A stretch of 64,000 nucleotides of DNA from Aplysia californica. Its lineage: Eukaryota. Made by a program: the position numbers and the translations under genes. The stretch spans positions 847,864-911,863 of the forward strand of contig NW_004797314.1 of assembly GCF_000002075.1 (NCBI RefSeq), in the 5' to 3' direction. This document shows positions 51,092 to 61,330 of this stretch, one piece after another. Numbering within the stretch: the stretch's first letter is position 1; each line of letters begins with the position of its first letter. The notes under the pieces are model-generated. The model had not been told where the DNA came from and made no database searches. It worked only from the letters and a program-made list of their open reading frames with translations.

Positions 51092-51477
51092 CTGAGGAAC
51101 AGAACATGTCAAAAGTCTAGCTAGTACTTCAAAGAGGGTCATGATAACATTAAAAAAAAAGTTTTAGTATGTCTTTTACGGCACTTGCAACACAATTTTT
51201 AAAAACATTTTTTTTTAGTACTGGGTTTTACGGTGCTCGCAACTGCATAAGTTGCAACACAATAAGGTCATGTAAGTGTTGAAGATTAGAGGTGTTACAA
51301 GAGAGTAACAAACACAAAAAAGAAGGAGGAAATATAAGGACGATAGATGTTTGATAGGAAAGAAGAAGCAAACCATACTAGAGCACCCGCCAACCACCCA
51401 CTAAAATCTTCTGTCTCCATTCTACCTTGCTTACATATCATGCTTGTGGGTAACTAAACTAATGATCATTTCTCATC

Positions 51478-52035
51478 TTGTGGCCTCCTCTCACTATCTC
51501 TCACTTATGCACCTTTTTGATGTGCTCCCCCCCCCCCACACACCTTGTGGCCTCCTCTCACTATCTGCACCTTTTTGATGTGCCCCCCCCCCCCCCCACA
51601 CACCAAACGGCAGACCCTAGGTGTGGGGGAGCCTTAAGTTTATTTGGCCCCCTCTAACGAAAAGCCGGCTAACCTAGACTTCGGGTAATTCCGGATATCA
51701 TGTCATGCACCACACGGCCCCCCCCCCCCCCCCAAAAAATGGAGAAAATAGAGTTCGTTGCTTTGTACATTTACTTAGGTTGGAAGGGGCTCCCCCCCCC
51801 CCCTATAGAGACGGGACAGGAAGCCTCCTCCCCACTATCAGCACCTTTTTGATGTGCTCCCCCCCCCCCCACACACACACCTTGTGGCCTCTTCTCACTA
51901 TCTGCACCTTTTTTATGTGCCCCCCCCACCCCACACACACACAACTCCAGACACTAGGTGGAGCATGAACTAAAGCCTATTTGGTCACTTTTAAGGACAA
52001 GCGGGCTAACCTAGACTTCGGGGGTTTCCAGAAAT
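51478..52035. repeat. Higher-order tandem repeat: about 60-bp C-rich units within a duplicated block
   Basis: CTTGTGGCCTCCTCTCACTATCTGCACCTTTTTGATGTGC(C)n occurs about 4 times; GGCTAACCTAGACTTCGGG occurs twice. Confidence 0.75.
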
Positions 52036-53067
52036 CTTGACATACACCAAAAGTGGGTACTGCCTTACCTATAGATAGGAGAAATTTGGTTTCATTGGTG
52101 TGTATATTTGTTTAGTTATAGACAAAACTCTCCTTGTCTTTTAAAGAGACTGAATAAGAATCGAAACACTTTAACTTATGATTTTCTCAAAAAAGCACTT
52201 TTCGGGATACCCCCGCCTGTCCTTAAAAGCGACCATTTATACTGGCAAGCAATGTTGATGACATTGCAATTAGGAGGGTGGTTACTGAGGCATGTCTTTG
52301 AACAAGGGCACTCTAGTGGTGACCAGCAAATGGAGCATTTGCAGATTTGTCTGCAGTGGTGTAAGATTATAATATTATGAGACATTTATGTAACTATTCA
52401 GGCATTTCACACATGCATTGTTCTAATAATTGAAAATCCAATTTCTTCACAACGATAAAAAACAGTGACTTTTTTTCATCTAATTTTTTCTTTGTACTGG
52501 TGACTTTTCAACAGAGTGGAATCAAAACAAGCTTTTACACTTGGTAAATATGTCGCTTGCAATCAAATTAAAAAATCAGTCTTTTACCTTGAACATGTAG
52601 CTCAATCTGTTTGGTATTGGCGGACAACTGACAACATCATTTACATGAAAGAAAATGCAATTCCTTTTTAAGGAGAGAGAAATGTTCCAATCCAAAATTC
52701 CGTTCTTTTCCCTTCTCTCACTAACAGTAAAACCTACAGACACTATTACAGCTACTACTGCAACTACTATCACCACTATTATAATAATAAAAATAATAAT
52801 AATAAATAAATAGCATTTGTATAGCGCATGTCCCCACTCAAAAGCAAGGTCTATGCGCTTTACAGTATATTACTACCCCAGAAGACTATAGAACACTCGG
52901 AAATATTCTCAGCTTCCCGAGAAGAATACATTATAACCACCATAAGCAGCAGCTGAAGAGATATTTTCACTAGCCTACCTCTTGAATGACTATCATATAT
53001 ATCTTCTACTGATCTACTTCTCACTAAAACAAATTAATCCAGAGTGTAAAAAATCCTAGTAAATTAC

Positions 53068-53170
53068 CTTTCAAGGCTCTTTCCCACAACTACTTCCATC
53101 ATGTCCACAATGTTTTCATGGTGAAGATTCAAAAGTATGTTGATCTCACGAAGCCCAGTGACAGGAATTC
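53068..53170 (-). CDS. CDK10: CDK10 coding exon 4
   Basis: [35 protein letters not shown]; cag / gtaatt; 103 nt. Confidence 0.96.
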
Positions 53171-53436
53171 CTGGAAAGGAGTAAGTTCATAACAGCTAAA
53201 ACTTCAAAACGAACATCCTTAATGAAAAAAATATTTTTAAAAACCCCTCTAAAATAATATTATCAGTCATGAAAAACTGTATTCATTCCAAAGTAGTTAT
53301 CATAAAAAACGAACACAACCATCTTTTTCTTCTGATGCCAATACCAGCATACAGATAAGGGACAGTTCAAGGGTTATCAGTTCAATCTCATGCTTTGGAT
53401 AAGTTGTGAGCTTTCTCCTTGAGCTGATCACTCTAC

Positions 53437-53508
53437 CGTTTTTCTGAGTTTCCAGGCGCATCTTTTTCAAAGCTACCATTCTGTTCGTCTCCATGTCTCT
53501 TGCCCGAT
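53437..53508 (-). CDS. CDK10: CDK10 coding exon 3
   Basis: YRARDMETNRMVALKKMRLETQKN (catalytic Lys); cag / gtagag; 72 nt. Confidence 0.96.
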
Positions 53509-53992
53509 CTGTGAATGAAAATAAAAGATAGGCCAAAGAAGTAGATTTAGTTCAAAAACCAGATTGAAATGGGAATCACTGTAAGAGCTCAAAATCTTTT
53601 TAAAAAGCGTGGTTTGTAAACACCTCGGGCAATACACGTGAAACTCATCAAAAAACCCAAAATGATCATTAATTCAAATCCAATCATGCCAGCAGAAAAA
53701 AATTCATAGAAACACACCTTAACTTGAAATTGTTTATCAAAATGTGATTTTAAAGTCACAAAGTTCCAGCCCAGATTTTTTAAAAAGAATAACAATCTTC
53801 CTTAACTTGCTGATGAGGCAGGATCTAGATCAATGACCCAACCAATTTAGGCAACTCCTCATTAGGGGCTACTTTTTACCCTTCTTCTTCCAGGTTCCTC
53901 TTCCCCCATTGACAATGCTCAGTTTCATTTTAGTAAGAGTTTTACGGCACTTGCAACACAACAAGGTCATATAAAAGTGCCGAAGATTAGAG

Positions 53993-56067
53993 CACGGCGC
54001 ACAGAAACAGGATACTTTAGTTGAGAACTCAGGTAACCAGTGGCGCGCTGACCTGTGACGGTGAACGGGGTCATCGCGTGGGCATTCTTCGGTCAGCGTG
54101 ACCGCGCTGGGGGTTTAGAAAATCGTATTTTTCATTCTGAATTGAGCCCTAATTAACACAATAATATTGACTTAAAGACATCACTGCATGCGGGCATCAG
54201 CAGTTCCAAGTCTTTTTCATGATATTTCAAAAACAGAGAGAATCAGTACTGGTCTGTTTAGTTGTAACAGACAGTGCAAGATGGTCATGTCTGATTCCCC
54301 ATATCGTTTCTAGTTATGATGTAATGAACGCCGATAATTAGAAAACTGAGCGTCAGGATTAGTTCATCTTTAAGGGGCACAAACGTAACACATAAGGGTA
54401 TCTACTCACCAAATTTCACTGCTGCCGCAGTTTGTGTGACCTCAAAATGGTTCATCTATGCATCATATTGTCGTAAATATCCACATATTTCCCTCACTTG
54501 GAAGACAATAACTCCATACGAATCATGGCGTAGGCTATAGGTTTTATTCTCTTTATAAGTCCTGTTGTTAATTGTTCTTCTTTTTTAGTGAGTGGGTGCG
54601 TCTCTGTCTTACTCATTGCATGGCTGGTGGTTTCTATGTCTTTGATCATGGGAGATGTTGTGCTGTCTTGGGTAGGCCTAACTGTTTCATGTATCTGGGC
54701 CGGAGTTGAAGAAGCCAAGGGAGTCGCAGAAAATGTTTGGCCTTTAGTGGGTGTGAATGATGACGATGGAGAAACACGGACAGTGCTTACGCTGTGCTTA
54801 CAACTGCTATCATGCAGTATGGGAGAATTTGTGACCGATGTGCTCTGACTGATTGTGTCGGTGTGAGCTACGATGTGACTGTCCTGAACCATTGTGTCTG
54901 CATGTTGTACACCTACATGTTGGTCACTGACTGGGACAACAGACTGAGGGTGGGGGTGGAAAGTCTGACTTGTACTTGTGTGCGGGTCGTTTTGTTGTGT
55001 TGAGTCTGTGCTGAGAACACGGGTACATGTACTCTGGGTGGTTGTGTCTGTCTCAGAAATGTTGGTGCTAGGACTAGCTTGGTGTGTGTATTTTTCATGG
55101 CTGCTGGAGTGAGACTGGGGGTCACGGGGCTTTACTGTTGCACAGCCAAGAGAGAGCAGCCTTTTCTGTTCACAAACTGTGCATGTTTTTGCATCACAGT
55201 TTTCATTGTAAGCACACCAGATGTTTTGACTGCTGTCAAAAGTGTTTCTTAGTGTTTGTAGGGACACTGCACTATTTCGACGTTTAGTGTCATGGATTGT
55301 TTTATAGCATTTCAAACACACAAATTTGGAGTGTTTATCACTAGCGTCCTCTTTGATACTCAACCCAACCACAAGGAAGAGGTCACTGGCTATTTCCGAA
55401 CACAAATACGGCTTTTTAAAGGATTTTCTCTGCTTCCCTGTAATGTTCAGTCTTCCGCACACTCTACACAGACAGTTTAAAGCGGATACATGACTTTCAC
55501 TGACTTTCAGGGGTGTGCTCCATTTTAAGGTCTCAGTTGTATACGGCAATAACGTTAGTCAATTCGGGGGCCCAACATAATAATCCGATGTAGCTTAACA
55601 ACCACAACTGCGGTAGTACTGAAATTTATACACTCAAAACATGATTTATTAATGAACTCACAAATCGAATCCCCCCAAAAATTCAAGGTACCGTTTTGTT
55701 GTAATAAATGATTATTTATCCTCAGTTTGAAATAAGAAAAGCGTGTTACACAGGCAGCAAACAGACACGTGTAGAACACTTGGTATAACACGTAGAAGAC
55801 TGGGACTTTCTTTTAAAGGTTGAGAAATGGTGTTGCTAAAGTCTATAAATTAAAACTACTTGGTGGGTCTTACGGCACCACTGTAATTTAGACAGTAAAT
55901 GAAATGATTTTATCAAGAACGCACCCCAGTCTATAACGGTGCGACGGGGTCAAATGACCCCAATAAAAAAGGTCAACAGGTACCGGGCGAGGTGATAAAT
56001 CACCGCAGGGCGGCAGGAGCCGTGGTACAACTAAAAGGCGCGATTTCGGCTGATTTCGTGCGCCGTG
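53993..56067 (-). mobile_element. Chapaev / N-RAG-TP-like DNA transposon, non-autonomous (CMC superfamily)
   Basis: TIRs CACGGCGCAC...GTGCGCCGTG; 4-bp TSD AGAG (53989-53992 and 56068-56071); cleanly splits a retroposon copy; encodes a RAG1-N-terminus-like Zn domain. Confidence 0.9.
54494..55523 (-). pseudogene. Truncated Chapaev-type transposase with RAG1 N-terminal (Chapa) zinc-binding domain
   Basis: H-x7-CRVCG ... D-x4-H-x4-C-x2-C ... W...C-x2-C, then an S/T/Q/H-rich linker; ATG at 55523 is frameshifted by a 10-bp duplication; no DDE core recognised. Confidence 0.85.
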
Positions 56068-56439
56068 AGAGGTGTTACAAGAGAGTAATAAATGTAAAAA
56101 AGAAGGAGGAGAGATCAGGACGACAGATGTTTGATAGGAAAGAAGGAGCAAATCACACCATTTTCTTGCTAATTTTACCGCTGAAATCAGGCGACCCCCA
56201 CCTCTTTTAATCACAAATATCTCGACTTCTATTCATGATAATATATGAGTATTTTTTTTACTGAAAGCAAGAAAAATGACCAAGCTTTAAAATGATACCA
56301 ATAACTCCACATGTCCAAAAATTGACAATTGAGATAATTTGAATTAGACATTAAGAACAAAGAAAGAGGGTATTTTAGAATTCAACTTCATGAATTTTCT
56401 GGATTTACTTGACCCCATATGAAGAAGTAGTATACTCAC

Positions 56440-56512
56440 ACACAATGCCATACGTTCCTTCACCGACTCGGTTAAGTTTTTCAAATTCTGTAACACTTCG
56501 GCATCTGCCCAG
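56440..56512 (-). CDS. CDK10: CDK10 coding exon 2
   Basis: LGRCRSVTEFEKLNRVGEGTYGIV (Gly-rich loop); cag / gtgagt; 73 nt. Confidence 0.97.
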
Positions 56513-57378
56513 CTGCAACAACAACAAAAAAATATACAGTAACAAACTGGTTTGTTTTAGTAAGTGTTTTACGGCACTTGCAACACAATGAGGTCATATA
56601 TAAGTGCCGAAGATTAGTAATGTTACAAGAGAGTAACAAACATAAAAAAGAAGGAGAGATCAGGACGATAGATGTTTGATAGGAAAAAAGGAGCAAACCA
56701 ATATATGATCAGTCCAGCAGTGTATTGTTTTAAGGCTGTGGCTATTCGGACTCGAGTCCGAACAGCCTCCCATGGCTTTTCGGACTCGAGTCTGAATTCG
56801 AGTCCGAATAGCCTTCCGTGGCTATTTGGACTCAAACTCCAATGCGCGAGCACAACACAGAATTCTACCCTAAGTGTAGAATTATGTGGTGCACCATCAC
56901 TAGGTGTGCCGGATGTGAAGCAGACTTGTTGCAATTCGCCTTCCACGCCTTGAACTTGAACGTAGTTTGCAGGCTACGTTCACTGCGCCCTGAATCATCC
57001 ACCATAGGAATAGAGGCATATAACTGAAATGCTACGGTCGTTCAAAGTGAATGAGGAAAGAGTACTTGAAAAATAATGCAGCGGTGGTCCGAATGCAACT
57101 GAGTTTACGGAAGGCAATTTTTTAAGGCGGGCCCAGCAAAACAGCTGCAGTTGACAAGGCCTCGCTCGCTCAGAGTGTGGAACAGAATTTCGATCCTCTT
57201 CCCGTGTGTGGATCTGGCAACGCTTGACTATTTGAAAATAAAAGTCGTGCGAAGAAACAAGGGAGAATGGAAGAAGGCCATGGCGGGAAAAGGGGTGGCA
57301 GGGAGTGAAAAAAAGAAGAGAAGCAAAAGGCAAAAGGCAAAAGGGTAGGGGTAAGGGGTGAAGTGAGCAAGATCATTA

Positions 57379-58480
57379 GGCGCTTTTTCGGCAGTTCCCA
57401 CCCCGCAATTGTTATTCGCCGGTTTTAGCCCCAAGAGTAGGGGGGTTTCAGGGGGGGGTTGCCCCCCAGACCTGATAAAAATAAGGTGCGGGGTTCGCCC
57501 CCCCAGAATTTTACCAATATAATTTGACATTTTGCAGTTGTTAGGTTTGATCTGAGCTCGCTGCGCATCAAACGTCTAGATCTAGAGGTAGATCTAGGCT
57601 CAAATATATAAGAGGGCGCTTTTTCGGTAGCTCCCAACCCGCAATTGTTATTCGCCGGTTTTGGCCTCAAGAGTAGGGGGGGTTTCAGGGGGGACCTAAT
57701 AAAAATATATGGTGGGCGGGTTTCAGGGCGGCATGCCCTCCTGAATTTTACCATAATTTGATGTGTTGCAGTTGTTAGGTTTGATATCTTAGCACATGCG
57801 ATTAAAAGTAGAAATGATGCAAACTATTTTTAGGTAAGGCGCCCATCTTGTTTGACGTCAGACCAGGATACCCCTCCAATCACGTGACTACATCTAAGTA
57901 TAGACAACCGCATGGCACCAGAGATGGAAGTGTCTATGTATATTATGCTTAATCTACACAAATTCTCGGAATTTCTGATAGCTGATTTGATAGCGCGTCT
58001 ACGTTTGATGTCGAGCAATGACTTTTGGAGCGGTTCGATTCCGGTTCCGGACAGTTTTTTTTTCTCATTTCCTCCTCCCGACTGACCAACAGTTCCATAA
58101 ATTATAGGCCTAATTTGTAGAGTTGCTTTGACTTTGAAGTTGTTGTTTATTTTAAAAAATGTATTAGTGATTAAAAATGCAGGAGGGGGGGGGGGGTGGT
58201 AGATCTAAATTTAGATCTAGATCTAGAAAATCCGAAATGTTACCGAAAACACATCGTTCCATGTTTGGGTATCCCAGGAAGTGATGACATCACATTACTA
58301 AAATAAGCAGCCAATCAGAAAGATGCGTCATTTCTAAGATTAACGGCATGTTATCTTAGCTTGCCGCGCATTTATACAAAATGCATAGATCTTGATGTAT
58401 GTCAGGCTTAAATAAGGGGGGTGGGAACTACCGAAAAAGCACCAAATAAGGGGGGGGGGTGGGAACTACAGAGAAACCAC
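57379..58480. mobile_element. GG-terminal TIR element with doubled ends
   Basis: Left ends GGCGCTTTTTCGG(C/T)AG(T/C)TCCCA at 57379 and 57616 (about 170-bp direct repeat); inverted ends GTGGGAACTAC... at about 58421 and 58459. Confidence 0.6.
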
Positions 58481-58582
58481 CGATTATTTTAAGTCTTAAA
58501 TTGCGAACTACATTCAGGTGGGTGCCGTGAACGTAGCCACTGCGATTAAAATTGATAAGTGAACCAGTAATTGCCAACCTAC

Positions 58583-58720
58583 CCGATCCGATTCGCGAAG
58601 TTCACTCCACTCATCTGTCAGGATTGATAAAAATTTTGGAGGTTTAGACAACAGAGACCCTGGGCCTGAAGCCGACTTGGACACATGAGTATGAGAACCG
58701 AGATCCCCACCTCCGTCCAT
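58583..58720 (-). CDS. CDK10: CDK10 coding exon 1
   Basis: MDGGG...PPKFLSILTDEWSELRESDR, donor gtaggt, phase 0 joining LGRCRSV of exon 2. Confidence 0.8.
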
Positions 58721-60282
58721 GACAAAAGGCGAAGGAAGAGAGAAAAAAATACGGAGATCAAGATCAAAATCTGGTCACTGTGAGTAGGTCTATTGTGTAT
58801 TATTAAAGCCTCGTCTCATGACACTCCTGTTTTTGTTTACAACAACAGCAGCATTCAGCGTTGGGGAAGTGCTGGCAGGCAGGCAAATCAGTGCAGTCTA
58901 GCAGTGTGCAGTGTTGAGTGTGCAGTGCCAGTCTGAGGAAAACAAGAGAGTTGGTTCGCCTAGTTTCGATTCGGATATGCCTGGTGGAGAGTTCCGACTT
59001 CGGTCGGACTCCTGAAGTTTCGGATTTTAAAGTGTTCCATTCCGATGTTCCATTCCGATTGTCAAACAACAATCTAACCGTGCCAGCGACGTAACCCCGG
59101 TACCTTGATCTTGAGCCTTTTGAATCCACACCCTCAATGATAATAAATTTTGTTAAAAGACAAAGGATATCAATTGTGTGTTTCATTTGTAATGTTAGAG
59201 GTATGACTGTCTACTGCGGACTCTTGTTTGGCGTGGGGTCCCATAATATTATAAGCTTACCTGCTAATTACTATTTAATCTAAATAAAAATAATTATAAT
59301 TATTTAATAATATTGTTCTTAAAATAAATTTTGAAAAAAGTAACACCGATTTCTGTTCATCCCCTCTAAAAGTTTGCTTTGAAAAAATTGTAATCACACT
59401 GACATGCGAATCGCGGTCTTATCGGAGTTTGCATAATTGTTTTTTCTCGGGGTGAAAAGAAAAGGGATTTAGCGCACACAAACACACACACACACAAACC
59501 ACTACCACCACCGCCACCACCACCACCACCACCTTTAGAAGAACACTTTTAGTGTCCCGTGAGGCTTATAAGTAGAGAAAGTCAAACACACAGCGTACAC
59601 AAGTGTCAAAGAGATTATCTGATTCTGACTCGAGGGTTTGAAAAAAAAAAAGAAAATGGAATATGGGCCTTTTTTCTGCTTTGAGTTATAATTATTATAA
59701 ACACAACCACAAAGAACCGCGTTGTGTTAAAAAAAAAAAATCACAACAGGTGATGAAACGAAGGTATATTCGAGGGGTACGACAGAACCCCAGGATCTCA
59801 ACAACCCCAGAAAGCTCGACGCAAGCAATAATATCATTATAGGTTGCTTTGAAAGTGATGCACATCATGTTTTTTCGACCACAAAGGTTTGGTTTCGATC
59901 GAGCTGTATGGTCCGTTCCTTTTGACACAACAGTCAAGGCTATTACAAGATGGTTCTTTTAACAAAGCCGAAACCAGCAATCAAAAGAAAATGGCCGGGT
60001 CTGCTGAAACCTATCCGTATGTCGTGTTTTACTATCGTATCCATACGACGTGGGGAACTCGCTGTGCCATCTCTTTCCAAAGAGGAAATTTACTCGTTAA
60101 TCTGATCTTCAGGTCTACGCTTTTTGTAGCAGTTAGTCAAAATGTTTTTAAAAAAAAGAAATACTGAAAGTTTCAAAGAGGTCTTCGACCTAGAAGTATT
60201 CTAAAATGTAAAGAATACAACCCAAGGGGTACAAAATGACCCCAGGGTGTACGGATATGGTTACGCAAAATGTTGTCTAAGT

Positions 60283-60315
60283 CACAGAATTCTACACTAA
60301 GTGTAGAATTCTGTG
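60283..60315. mobile_element. 33-bp palindromic micro-MITE with 8-bp TSD
   Basis: GTCTAAGT|CACAGAATTCTACAC-TAA-GTGTAGAATTCTGTG|GTCTAAGT; second copy at 56856-56888. Confidence 0.75.
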
Positions 60316-60985
60316 GTCTAAGTACATCATGACGTTGTACAACGCCGCGCCAGTAGGATCGAAAGTTCACCGCCGGATCTCCTGGACTCCTGGCAGTAGA
60401 ACATTAAGTGATTATCCCCACTTTTATCCGAACTTTTCACCATAATATGCGACTTTTCATTTCTTCCCCAAATCATAGATGGCCAATAAGGGGCCAATAA
60501 GGGGCCAGTAATTTGAAGTCGAGAAAGAAACTGTGCTCGAAACAACTGCTACGCTGAGAACTCAAGCTGGCCGAAGCAGGCATGGTCAGTGTGTTTGACC
60601 TCTGGCTACATTATGATTATAGGATGAAAAAGTGCTTTGAGATCAACGGTTGTTATGTTGAATAGAACACATGTTTTCCTGCAGATATTCTCAAAAATCT
60701 CAAGCCCATAAAATAGAAGTTGTCGATTTTACATAAATAGAGAAACTTACTCCCGGGACAGATCTCGAACGTTACCATAGAAATAGAACACCACTCCCTA
60801 AAATAGATCCCTTGACGCTCTGCATAACATACGTCGCTTTCGCCTTTTTTAAGTCGGCATTTTTAATGACATTAAAAGTTCGTATCTGAAAGTAAGAGAA
60901 ACATCTTAATTGTAATTCCTTATTTTTGATCTAATTAAACTTCACTTGGGTACGCCATAATGGAAGGTCAATATGGGGACTATAT

Positions 60986-61031
60986 ATCATCACCACCACC
61001 ATATCACCATCACCATCACCATCACCATCAC

Positions 61032-61084
<53 letters not shown>
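60986..61084. repeat. (CAT)n/(CAC)n microsatellite
   Basis: Directly visible. Confidence 0.97.
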
Positions 61085-61089
61085 AGTAG

Positions 61090-61330
61090 AACCAATGTGC
61101 TGATCTTGACTGACAGTCAGTCTCTCTGCGCAAGGGACTGCTAGGCAACAGCTCGGACATTAATGATTTGCGCCGCAAGTTCAGTGAAACCACAGCCACA
61201 ATAAAAATCAAGTGGATTCCAAGCCATGTTGGAATCGAAGGAAATGAGGCAGCAGAACAGGCTGCTAATGAAGCCAGAGAGATTGAAGGAGACAGACCTC
61301 CAACAACATGCAAAGGAGTCTTTCCAATGA
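61090..61330 (+). pseudogene. RNase H fragment of a non-LTR retrotransposon (I group-like)
   Basis: ILTDSQSL and IKWIPSHVGIEGNEAAEQAANEA motifs in different frames. Confidence 0.8.

Noticed and set aside
53993-56067. ProtoRAG / Transib element with true 12/23 RSS ends
   Set aside because: The TSD is 4 bp rather than 5, there is no nonamer at 12 or 23 bp spacing, and no RAG1 core or RAG2-like ORF is present
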